NCBI GenBank assembly: GCA_964441295.1
Contig: CAYTUT010000002.1
Location: 1 to 33,473 of the forward strand
Direction: 5' to 3'
DNA: 33,473 bases
From: an uncultured Christensenellaceae bacterium
GTDB lineage: Bacteria > Bacillota > Clostridia > Christensenellales > CAG-1252
This document shows positions 24,747-33,303 of this stretch, in pieces. The first letter of the stretch is position 1, and each line of letters begins with the position of its first letter. The position numbers and the translations under genes were made by a program. The notes below the pieces were generated by a model. The model made no database searches and had not been told where the DNA came from. It saw only the letters and a list, made by a program, of their open reading frames with translations.

Positions 24747-27587
24747 ATGCAATACAAACCAGTTAAGCGGATTTTTTTTGACAATACGCGAAAAATATTC
24801 TATTTGGTCGCGACGGTAATATTTGTCCTGCTGACTGCCCTTGCCGCACATATGGCGTGGTTGCGCACATCGCGTGAAGCGCGCGCTCAGGCGCTGTTGA
24901 TATCTGACACAATCGCACTTACTCTTAACATCGATTTGTTTAAGGATTTGACAATTTCTCTTGACGACTTGCAAAATGAAAACTATCAGATACTAAAAAA
25001 TAAATTTGAGAAGCTCCCTCAAACGGATAAAAACATACGATTTGTCTATATTTTCAAATTTATTGACGATCGCTTGTTTTTTGTGGTGGATTCGGAGCCG
25101 GCAACATCCGAAGATTATTCTCCTCCGGGTCAAGAGTACACCGAGGCAACAGAGGAATATGTCAACAGATATAAGACCGGCGACAGCTTCATAACACCTG
25201 CCGTTACTGACAGATGGGGCACTTGGATTACCGTAGTTACGCCTATTAAAGATAACGCGGGAAACGATAGCGAATACTATCTGTGCTTGGACTATCCGTA
25301 TGATGTTTTTTATAAGAAAGCAGTAGCCAATACTATTGAACTTACTACAATAGTTGCGTCGCTGTTGCTGCTAATATTCACAATCATTAATATCATTCTT
25401 AAGGGAAAGGATGTCAAAAAAAATAGAGAAAATTTCAGGATTCTCTCTCAGCTGACTTTTGAAGGCATATTAATTCACAAAAACGGGTTTGCTGTAGATT
25501 TCAACGATTCATTGTGCAACATCCTCAATGCAAAAAGAGAAGAGATGTTGGACAATTATATGTTGGATTATGTTCATCCGGATGATAGAGCCACAGCTAG
25601 GGCAAATATGGCAATTGAGTATTCGAGACCTTATACCGTAAGAATGGTAAGAAGGACGGGCGAGCCTTTTGTTGCCGAATTGGAGGGCAAAAACATAATG
25701 AGAGAGGGCGAACCTCTCCGAATGGTCGCAATAAGGGATGTAACCGAAAGATACAACGAAAACCAAAAGCTCATCGAGAGCTATAAGCGCTATGACGAGC
25801 TGTCAAGACAGAGCCAGACATTTACATGGGAAGTGAACGCCGACGGGCTCTATGTTGATGTAAACGATGCGGTGCTGGATGTCACGGGATACACGGCAGA
25901 CGAACTCATCAATAAGAAGTATTATTATGATTTGTGTCCCGACCCGGATATGGTGAAGGCGCAAGTTTCGCTTGCATTTGCGGAAAAGCTTCCTATCGTA
26001 GAGTTTGTCAACGCAATAGTGAAAAAGAACGGAGAGCTTATTTGGGTCTTAACCAATGCTTTGCCTATTTTTGACAAAAACCAATATCTCAATGGTTACA
26101 AGGGCTCCGACCGCAACATAACTGAGAAAAAGTTGCTTGAAGAAAAGGTGCTTAACGAGCGCGAATGGCTAAAAACAACATTGATATCCGTAGGAGATGG
26201 CGTAATTGCGACAGACACCGACGGGAAAATTACCCTGATTAATAGAGTCGCCGAAAGCATTACCGGCTGGAAAGAAAAAGAAGCATTGGGCATGGATTTT
26301 GAGCAAGTATTCAACATAATCAGCGAAAAAAATCGAAGGAGACGGCCTAATCCGATAAAGCAGGTAATTAAAAGCGGCAAGATTATTGAGCTCGCTAATC
26401 ATACCCTCCTAATAACCAAAAACGGCGATGAGGTGCCCATTGAAGACAGCGCCGCGCCCATTCGCGATCAAAGCGGCAACATCACAGGTGTGGTCTTGGT
26501 ATTTAGAGATTTTACCGACAAAAAAGAAAAACTTGAGCGCATTGAATACTTAAGCTATCATGACCAACTAACCGGATTATACAACCGTAGATATTTTGAG
26601 GAGGAAATGCTCAACTTAGATTGCGACGAAAACTACCCGCTTACGCTTGCCCTGCTGGATATCAACGGGCTCAAACTGATTAATGACGCATTCGGACACC
26701 TAGCAGGTGACCGCGCATTGCAGATTGTGTCAATACTTCTTGAAGAGATTGGCAATAGATACAACGCATCGGCATCCAGGATAGGCGGTGATGAGTTTGT
26801 AATGCTTCTCCCGCGAAAAGACTATGCCGAAACTGAAAAAATAATCAATTTGATTGAAAAAGAAGTTGTCCAGCACAAGATTAACGGCATCAATCTTTCT
26901 GTCTCTTACGGATGGTGCACAAAGTACGAGAAAGATGACAAACTGCTTACCGAGCTATTCTCCAAAGCTGAGGACGAAATGTACTCGCAAAAGCTGTCAG
27001 AAAGTCAAAGCATGAGGCATAGAGCTATTGATATAATAATGCAAACCTTATTCGAAAAAAACTCGAGAGAAGAATCTCATTCGAAGCGGGTATCTTCCCT
27101 TGCCGAAAAGGTTGGGCAGGCGCTAGGCTTGAGAGAACAAGAAATCAACGAACTCAAATCGGCAGGATTGCTCCATGATATCGGCAAAATTACAATACCG
27201 GACGAAATACTCAACAAGAGCGGAGCGCTTACCGAGGAGGACTTGAAGACAATAAGAAAGCACTCCGAAACTGGATACAAAATACTCTCATCAGTCAACG
27301 AATTCGCTAACATTGCCCTTTGTATCTTGCAGCACCACGAGAGGATGGACGGCACGGGCTACCCAATGGGCATCAGCGGGGACGAAATCAAGCTATACTC
27401 AAGGATAATCTCCATCGCCGATGCGTATGACGCGATGACAACAGACAGACCATACAGGCGCGCAATGAGCAGAGAGAATGCAATAGCCGAGCTGATAAAA
27501 CACTCGGGCACACAATTTGACGAGGAACTTGTCAAGATTTTTATCGACATTGTCCAAAAGGAATCAATAGGTTATTCGGCTTTATAA
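24747..27587 (+). CDS. Membrane sensor with an extracytoplasmic Cache-like domain, three PAS domains, a GGDEF diguanylate cyclase domain and an HD-GYP phosphodiesterase domain
   Basis: TM helices lie at about aa 17-37 and 198-217, flanking a domain of about 160 aa. PAS-like segments span about aa 225-590. The GGDEF domain reads YHDQLTGLYNRRYF...RIGGDEF (GGDEF at nt 26784-26798). The HD-GYP domain reads HSKRV...LLHDIGK (HD at 27174-27179)...HHERMDGTGYP (GYP at 27357-27365). Confidence 0.9.
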   Translation: MQYKPVKRIFFDNTRKIFYLVATVIFVLLTALAAHMAWLRTSREARAQALLISDTIALTLNIDLFKDLTISLDDLQNENYQILKNKFEKLPQTDKNIRFVYIFKFIDDRLFFVVDSEPATSEDYSPPGQEYTEATEEYVNRYKTGDSFITPAVTDRWGTWITVVTPIKDNAGNDSEYYLCLDYPYDVFYKKAVANTIELTTIVASLLLLIFTIINIILKGKDVKKNRENFRILSQLTFEGILIHKNGFAVDFNDSLCNILNAKREEMLDNYMLDYVHPDDRATARANMAIEYSRPYTVRMVRRTGEPFVAELEGKNIMREGEPLRMVAIRDVTERYNENQKLIESYKRYDELSRQSQTFTWEVNADGLYVDVNDAVLDVTGYTADELINKKYYYDLCPDPDMVKAQVSLAFAEKLPIVEFVNAIVKKNGELIWVLTNALPIFDKNQYLNGYKGSDRNITEKKLLEEKVLNEREWLKTTLISVGDGVIATDTDGKITLINRVAESITGWKEKEALGMDFEQVFNIISEKNRRRRPNPIKQVIKSGKIIELANHTLLITKNGDEVPIEDSAAPIRDQSGNITGVVLVFRDFTDKKEKLERIEYLSYHDQLTGLYNRRYFEEEMLNLDCDENYPLTLALLDINGLKLINDAFGHLAGDRALQIVSILLEEIGNRYNASASRIGGDEFVMLLPRKDYAETEKIINLIEKEVVQHKINGINLSVSYGWCTKYEKDDKLLTELFSKAEDEMYSQKLSESQSMRHRAIDIIMQTLFEKNSREESHSKRVSSLAEKVGQALGLREQEINELKSAGLLHDIGKITIPDEILNKSGALTEEDLKTIRKHSETGYKILSSVNEFANIALCILQHHERMDGTGYPMGISGDEIKLYSRIISIADAYDAMTTDRPYRRAMSRENAIAELIKHSGTQFDEELVKIFIDIVQKESIGYSAL

Positions 27588-29500
27588 TCTCTGATAGCAA
27601 TGCTTTCCAGTCTGACATTGTTGATGCGCATAAAAGTGTCTGTTGTTATGTCCGAAAACACCACTCCTATTGAAAGTTTGCTGCCTTGCTGATAAAACCA
27701 CTTAATTTCGCCTCTTATATCGCCAATGGTATCTATTTTTATTGCAACTAAATCACCTTTTGAGTATCCTCCTTCGTAATCTCTTGCATCCATTACGAAT
27801 TTTACTCCGTCCTCGGTTATATCCTCAATGTTACCTTTAAGAAGGTTTTTTTCTTTGCCGCAGTGAAATATAGCCGCTCTGTACTGGTATTGAAGCTTGA
27901 TACGCTCGGTTTTTCTTAGCTTTACACGATCTACGAACAGGAATAAGGATATCGCCAATCCCACAGTATTGTATAAGCACCATGCCATATTTATTAATAC
28001 CGCAAGCCAATCGGCGGGCAAAAGACCTGATGTCAGCTTATAAATATTGAGAGCTATGCCTGTAATTGATATAATTAGCAGAATGGTGTTTGGCATTGCG
28101 AGCTTAATACGAAAAACATTGCGCTGATTGGTAGTACCCTTTGGCGTTACATTGAATTTTACTTTTTTGCCGAAAATCAGTTCGAATGTGTACGAAACCG
28201 CCATGAATGCGGCAAGGGCCATCTCGTAGATATGCCCCAAAAATACGCTGCTTTTCTCCTTTGCTACCGCCTTAAAATAGCAAACTGTAGCAAGATAGTG
28301 CGGAATGTACAGATAAACCAAATCAAAGATGTTTGTGTCAAATAAGGATATCCTAAAAAACAAAAATAGAAGCGGTGATATAACAAAAACCAGCTTTTTT
28401 ATACCGAACATCCAGTAAAAAAGCCCGTCAAGGTATAGGATTTTTTGCGCAAAGCCCAGTCCTTTCATCCTTAGCGGGCTATACCTCTTATATACCTGGA
28501 CAGTGCCCCTGCACCAGCGGTCTCTCTGCTTAATCAAATCAACAAAACTATCCGGACTCAAGCCTATTGCCAGCACTTCGTTTATGTAGAAAGATTTGTA
28601 CTTTTCATTTTGTAGAAGCATTCCTGTGGCCATGTCCTCAGTTATAGAACCGGTCGGGATGCCGCCTATTGCGTCAATGGCGCTCCGCCGAAACACGGCA
28701 TTGGTCCCAACATGCACTACCGCATTATACAAGGCTCTCTTTTCCTGCAGTACACGCATAAAAAATTCTTGCTCGTTGGGAATCTTCCGTCCCAACTTAA
28801 GATTATACTGATAAGGATCCTCATTGTAAAAAACTTGTGGAGATTGCACAAAAGCAACTTTGCTGTCCTGGAAGAAATATATCATCTTTTTTAATATTTT
28901 TCTGTGGGGAATCATATCTGCGTCAAGAAACAATACGAATTCGCCGCTTGCGGTCTTCAAAACATTGTTAATATTGCCTGCTTTGGCATGAATATTTTTT
29001 TCTCTGGTAACATAGTTTATTCCGAGCTCGTTTGCGAGGGCTTTTATCTCCGCCCTGTTGCCGTCATCTCCAATAAAAACTTTTATCTTTTTACCTGGGT
29101 ATTCTATACCCAAGCAGCCCACTAGGGTGCGCTTGATTACCTCGACAGGCTCATTGTACGCACTGACGACAACATCAACTGTGGGCAATACCTTGAAAAT
29201 ATTATCATTGTCAAGATTCAAGCCCTTCTTCTTATGAAATAGCATTCTTAGCGTTAACGACTGCAAAAAGGCCAAAAACTCAAATAGCAGAAGAACAATG
29301 GCAAATATTATGTCAATACTGAAAAGCTTTGGTAAAGAAAATGCAAATCTCCAGACGATGTACAACGAAGAAAAGACTATCCCTATAATGCTTAACGGCA
29401 ATAGTAGTTTTTCATTTTTTGATTTTCCGTAGTGCAAAGCAAAAATTGATATAACTGCTACAATTGATATACTGGCCTTGACGATTTCGAACGCTAGCAT
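27572..29500 (-). CDS. BcsA-like family-2 glycosyltransferase (processive beta-glycan/cellulose synthase-like) with a C-terminal PilZ c-di-GMP receptor domain
   Basis: GT2 motifs are present: VVVSAYNEP, GDDGNR, FLDADM, TEDMATG and QRDRW (nt 28514-28528). Multiple TM helices flank the catalytic domain. The PilZ motifs are RKTER (27902-27916) and DITEDG (27806-27823). The start is set at the ATG at 29500, with a GGGGGA RBS; the track start at 29512 is a GTG inside that RBS. Confidence 0.85.
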   Translation of the reverse strand: MLAFEIVKASISIVAVISIFALHYGKSKNEKLLLPLSIIGIVFSSLYIVWRFAFSLPKLFSIDIIFAIVLLLFEFLAFLQSLTLRMLFHKKKGLNLDNDNIFKVLPTVDVVVSAYNEPVEVIKRTLVGCLGIEYPGKKIKVFIGDDGNRAEIKALANELGINYVTREKNIHAKAGNINNVLKTASGEFVLFLDADMIPHRKILKKMIYFFQDSKVAFVQSPQVFYNEDPYQYNLKLGRKIPNEQEFFMRVLQEKRALYNAVVHVGTNAVFRRSAIDAIGGIPTGSITEDMATGMLLQNEKYKSFYINEVLAIGLSPDSFVDLIKQRDRWCRGTVQVYKRYSPLRMKGLGFAQKILYLDGLFYWMFGIKKLVFVISPLLFLFFRISLFDTNIFDLVYLYIPHYLATVCYFKAVAKEKSSVFLGHIYEMALAAFMAVSYTFELIFGKKVKFNVTPKGTTNQRNVFRIKLAMPNTILLIISITGIALNIYKLTSGLLPADWLAVLINMAWCLYNTVGLAISLFLFVDRVKLRKTERIKLQYQYRAAIFHCGKEKNLLKGNIEDITEDGVKFVMDARDYEGGYSKGDLVAIKIDTIGDIRGEIKWFYQQGSKLSIGVVFSDITTDTFMRINNVRLESIAIRDYKAE

Positions 29501-29736
29501 ATTTTCCCCCACAAAAGCAACATATTATTAGCTATTTTATCACATTAGCGATTGTACTTCGACATTATTAGGTATTCTTAATCATAATTCGCTATGGTAA
29601 GGCAGAACTAGCTATCAAAAACAATGTAGCTATGCCGCATTGGTCATTCAATGACGATTGCGGCTGTATCTTGGTGATGCAAAACAATATTAATGGCATT
29701 TTTGAGATGTTTCAAAGTATTATTCTATATTGTTGC

Positions 29737-31302
29737 TCAGCTTTCTACGATGTCGTAACAGTATCTTTGCTTTGCTCTGTCATACGAGGAGTAATCAAAT
29801 TTTAATATATAGAAACCCTCAAGGTCTTTGTCGGGCAGATAATTCATTTCGGCGTAGAATATATTGCGGTCTGCCGGCATTGTTTTTGTGAACTTTTTGA
29901 AGCTTGCCGAATATTCAGTTTTCAGTATGGCGGGTATGCGGCGCGAATTGTTAGTGATAAGATAATCGAACCGCAGTGTTTCCTTCGCGTATTTGTCGCT
30001 TGATTCACAATACTTGAGCAGTGCGCCGTAAATTTCGTTTTCGTTGGCGTTTACGCTAATACTGTGTTTTGCCAAAAAATCCGCTATGCCAAGCAAGGCT
30101 TGGTACTCGCTGCCATTTCTTTCAAAAAGTCTATCAAGGTAATGAAAAAATTTGCCGCTGTTATACAGCCTATTCACAACTTGCTCTATTCTTTTCAGTT
30201 GCTCAAAATCTTCCTCGGTCATATAAGGTGTGGAAATGACCTCATAAGGTGCCGTATCGCAGTATACAGCATCGTAATTTTGCCTTAGCGGCGTGCCTTT
30301 GAGCATTTTCAAAAAACCTAGCTGCAGCATATGCGGCCTAAGCCTAATCGCCCGGTCAAAGCTTTCCTTAAAAGTTGCAAGCGTATCGTATGGCAGTCCT
30401 GCGATAAGGTCGATATGCGTGTGAATATTACCTTGGTCAATTATTCGCTTCATATTAGAAACAAAGCGTTCGCTGTCGAAGGTTCTGATTACCGCCTTGA
30501 GGCTTTTTTCATTAAAAGTCTGCACGCCTGCCTCGAGCTGTACAAGTCCTCTTGGCATGCTTTGGAGTAATTTCAGCGTACTCTCCTTAAAGAGATCTCC
30601 TCCTACCTCGAAGTGGAAACATATCCCGTTCCCGCCGAATTCTTCTTTGATGAAGGCTAATATTGTGTCGGTGCGTTCAGCATCCATATTGAATGTGCGG
30701 TCAGTGAATTTTACTGTTTTTGCGCCGCTGGAGGCGATTCTTCTTAAGTCAGCCTTAACCCTGTCAATACTGAAGTATCTGACACCTCGAGTAAGCCCTG
30801 CTGTGCAATACGCGCATCTAAAGGGACACCCCCTTGACGATTCATAATATATCAGCTTATTGCCGCTTCCGTTAAGCCTTGCAGAAGTATACGGGGAAGG
30901 AATGGTGTCCAGATCCTCTATTAACTCCTCCTCTATCTCCCTCGGCACAACTTCTTTCAATAGCCTGAGCAATGCCTTTTCGCCCTCTCCTTTGACAATG
31001 TAGTCAGCAGGAAAAAAGCTGTCAACCTCAGGTCCCCCCGCAATTATCGCGCATTGCTTGCGGCATTTTACATCGCTTACCAGCTTTTTTACGAATTCGA
31101 CATTGAATATATATACCGATACAAGCAATGTGTCAAAATCACGGCTTAACAAGCTTTGCAAGACCTTTTCGTACGGTTCGTTGACATTGTGATACAATTC
31201 TTCAATCAGTATTCCGTTTGAGGCAAGATATTCCGCCAAAAACCAACCCGCCGGCATCGTATGCACATATTTAGCGCTAATCCCTGCATAAAGTATTTTC
31301 AT
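29737..31302 (-). CDS. B12-binding-domain radical SAM protein with a DUF4080-type C-terminal region
   Basis: The N-terminus MKILYAGISAKYVHTMPAGWFLAEYL is typical of this family. The radical SAM cluster motif is SSRGCPFRCAYCTAG (CxxxCxxC). The track start at 31317 is a TTG lying inside a TATAAT box. Confidence 0.8.
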   Translation of the reverse strand: MKILYAGISAKYVHTMPAGWFLAEYLASNGILIEELYHNVNEPYEKVLQSLLSRDFDTLLVSVYIFNVEFVKKLVSDVKCRKQCAIIAGGPEVDSFFPADYIVKGEGEKALLRLLKEVVPREIEEELIEDLDTIPSPYTSARLNGSGNKLIYYESSRGCPFRCAYCTAGLTRGVRYFSIDRVKADLRRIASSGAKTVKFTDRTFNMDAERTDTILAFIKEEFGGNGICFHFEVGGDLFKESTLKLLQSMPRGLVQLEAGVQTFNEKSLKAVIRTFDSERFVSNMKRIIDQGNIHTHIDLIAGLPYDTLATFKESFDRAIRLRPHMLQLGFLKMLKGTPLRQNYDAVYCDTAPYEVISTPYMTEEDFEQLKRIEQVVNRLYNSGKFFHYLDRLFERNGSEYQALLGIADFLAKHSISVNANENEIYGALLKYCESSDKYAKETLRFDYLITNNSRRIPAILKTEYSASFKKFTKTMPADRNIFYAEMNYLPDKDLEGFYILKFDYSSYDRAKQRYCYDIVES

Positions 31303-31407
31303 ATGCTGATTATACAATAATACAAAAAATTAAGAAACCCTTTTGCCTGTTCTCTTTTGCCGTATCCGTGTATACTTTTTGACGGGTAATAACTAAAACA
31401 GCGTTTT

Positions 31408-31650
31408 TCAACCCTGCTTATTCTCGTTAATGAGCTTCTCAATCTGCTCAACAGACAGCATTCTGCCCATTGATACCACTTTTTTATTGATAATGATTGC
31501 CGGTGTGCTCATTATTCCATATTTCATTATTTCTTGGAGATCGCCAATGTTCGTTGGCTCCTCCACCCCGCAATTTCTTGCTGCTACCACCGCATTTTGG
31601 TGATTTTGCTGCGATTTTTTGCAGCAGTTGCCCAATGTGATTATTGTCAT
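31408..31650 (-). CDS. Small thioredoxin-fold protein (redox-active-disulfide-protein-2 type) with a non-canonical CCxxS motif
   Basis: Reads MTIITLGNCCKKSQQ...EIMKYGIMSTPAIIINKKVVSMGR.... The fold blocks match the roughly 80-aa Trx-like family that usually accompanies UPF0718 permeases. The start is set at the ATG at 31650, which has a GGAGG RBS. Confidence 0.75.
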   Translation of the reverse strand: MTIITLGNCCKKSQQNHQNAVVAARNCGVEEPTNIGDLQEIMKYGIMSTPAIIINKKVVSMGRMLSVEQIEKLINENKQG

Positions 31651-31723
31651 ACATACCTCCGCAAGTTTTTCAACACAAAATACCATGATGTATTATGGGT
31701 AGAATATCCTGATTTATAAAATG

Positions 31724-32914
31724 TTAAACAAACAAGAAGTTAAGCGCGTTGAAGATATATCCTATCGCAACAATGCCTAATGCGATTGTTGCGATAAAGG
31801 CAGCAAGCAGCTTAGGCTTTACCGCCTTTGAAAGCATAATCATGCTCGGAAGTGACAGCGCGGTAACGCTCATCATAAAAGCTAGAATTGTCCCGACGCC
31901 TACACCTTTGGCAAAAAGCGCTTCAGCGACAGGTATCGTGCCGAATATATCGGCATACATTGGCACACCCACTCCGGACGCAACAAGTACGCTGTACCAC
32001 TTGTCCTCGCCTAGCACCGCGCCAATCCATGCTTCGGGTATGACATTGTGTATAAGCGCGCCTATACCCACGCCGATAAGGATATAGGGCCAAACCTTCT
32101 TGAGAGTTGCAAGCATCTGGTCTTTTGCGTATATTAGCCTGTCTCTCCGCGTTAAGCTTTCGTTTTCCACATCGATATTCTCACCTTGCAGAATGAATTC
32201 TCTGACATTCTTGCCGGCACCTGACTTTTCAATTACCGTTCCGCCAATAACCGCGAGCACAAGCCCTACGACAACATATACCAGCGCTATCGGCAAACCG
32301 AATACGCTTATCAGCAGGATAAAAGCTCCGAGGTCTACCAAGGGACTGCTTATCAAAAAGCTGAATGTCACGCCGCTTCTAACTCCGGCTCTTGTGAATC
32401 CCATGAATAGCGGTATTGAAGAACAGCTGCAAAAGGGTGTGACAGTCCCGAGCAAGGCTCCCATAATGTTGCCCTTAATACCGCCGAATCTCGAGAGGAT
32501 TTTTTTGGTGCGCTCGGGAGGAAAATAACTTTGAATATAGCTGATAGTAAAAATAAGAACGCAGAGCAATACGATTATTTTGATGGTGTCATAGATAAAA
32601 AACTGTATGCCGGCGCCGTACCATGATGCGATGAATCCTCTGCCTGCGATAGCGTCCAAAAGCAATCCGATAAGACTGTTAAGCCATGCCATGCCAAGCA
32701 CCTGCCGGGTCAAAAAATCTCCGACCGTCTTAACCGCTCCCCAGCCTCCGGCAAGCGCGGCAATCCCAAAAGTCAATATCAATGCGGCGGCAATTATTAT
32801 GACCACAATAAGCGCTGTACGCTTTTTTCTGGTCTTAGCAGCGGCGGGGCCGCCAATATCGGGCCGACCTTCTACTTTCTTATCATTGTCATTTACTATA
32901 TCAATATCTTTCAT
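31724..32914 (-). CDS. UPF0718/ArsP-like permease
   Basis: Polytopic membrane protein with the characteristic TPFCSCSSIPLF block (vicinal CxC in a TM helix). It has a charged/TM N-terminal extension of about 70 aa, and its RBS is weak. Confidence 0.75.
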   Translation of the reverse strand: MKDIDIVNDNDKKVEGRPDIGGPAAAKTRKKRTALIVVIIIAAALILTFGIAALAGGWGAVKTVGDFLTRQVLGMAWLNSLIGLLLDAIAGRGFIASWYGAGIQFFIYDTIKIIVLLCVLIFTISYIQSYFPPERTKKILSRFGGIKGNIMGALLGTVTPFCSCSSIPLFMGFTRAGVRSGVTFSFLISSPLVDLGAFILLISVFGLPIALVYVVVGLVLAVIGGTVIEKSGAGKNVREFILQGENIDVENESLTRRDRLIYAKDQMLATLKKVWPYILIGVGIGALIHNVIPEAWIGAVLGEDKWYSVLVASGVGVPMYADIFGTIPVAEALFAKGVGVGTILAFMMSVTALSLPSMIMLSKAVKPKLLAAFIATIALGIVAIGYIFNALNFLFV

Positions 32915-32959
32915 TTTCGTTCATTCCATCTTTATACGCCTTTATTTCCCAAACAATAG

Positions 32960-33241
32960 TTAACATTCGTTCTCTGCCGTTATGGTATCGGTTAAAACGA
33001 TGCTCTTTGAGAGCGCAAGCAATGCTTCGCGATTAAGGGTGTAATGATTCCATATGCCCTTCTTTTCGCAGCATACCAAACCGCAGTCGACCAAAGCTTT
33101 CATATGATAGCTCAATGTCGGCTGAGTTATTGCAAAACGCTCAAGCAGCTTACACGCGCACTTCGTGCCGCCCTTGAGCAACTCAATTATTTCTAGCCTT
33201 GTTTCATCTCCAAGCGCCTTAAAGCACGCGATGTAATCCAT
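32960..33241 (-). CDS. ArsR/SmtB-family metalloregulator
   Basis: Reads MDYIACFKALGDETRLEIIELLKGGTKCACKLLERFAITQPTLSYHMKALVDCGLVCCEKKG.... It has a winged HTH and a CxC at the ArsR type-1 sensing position. The start is moved from 33433 to the ATG at 33241 (RBS GAGGAAGGG), because a consensus promoter lies inside the longer ORF. Confidence 0.85.
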   Translation of the reverse strand: MDYIACFKALGDETRLEIIELLKGGTKCACKLLERFAITQPTLSYHMKALVDCGLVCCEKKGIWNHYTLNREALLALSKSIVLTDTITAENEC

Positions 33242-33258
33242 ACCCTTCCTCACAACAC

Positions 33259-33274
33259 ATAGATAATTATCTAT
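33259..33274. promoter_or_regulatory. Perfect 16-bp palindromic operator, the presumed ArsR autoregulatory site
   Basis: The sequence is ATAGATAA|TTATCTAT with no mismatches. It directly abuts the -10 box and covers the predicted transcription start. Confidence 0.6.
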
Positions 33275-33303
33275 ATTATATGCCCGCCTTCCGTATATGT
33301 CAA
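33275..33303 (-). promoter_or_regulatory. Consensus sigma-A promoter of the ArsR-permease-Trx operon
   Basis: The minus strand reads TTGACA (33303-33298), a 17-nt spacer, then TATAAT (33280-33275). Both hexamers match consensus exactly. Confidence 0.7.

Noticed and set aside
29501-29736. A possible c-di-GMP riboswitch (GEMM-I/II) or other leader RNA upstream of the GT2-PilZ gene.
   Set aside because: - I read the minus strand of the 236-bp spacer and found none of the conserved GEMM elements, such as the GGCAAACC...GGGACGCAAAGCC-type tetraloop/receptor helices.
- The only notable structure is an imperfect hairpin, GCCGCA-ttg-GTCA-ttcaa-TGAC-gat-TGCGGC (29634-29664). It is about 70 nt downstream of the radical SAM stop, and its T-run is 11 nt away.
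- That hairpin is at best a weak terminator. A covariance-model scan (Rfam/Infernal) would be decisive.
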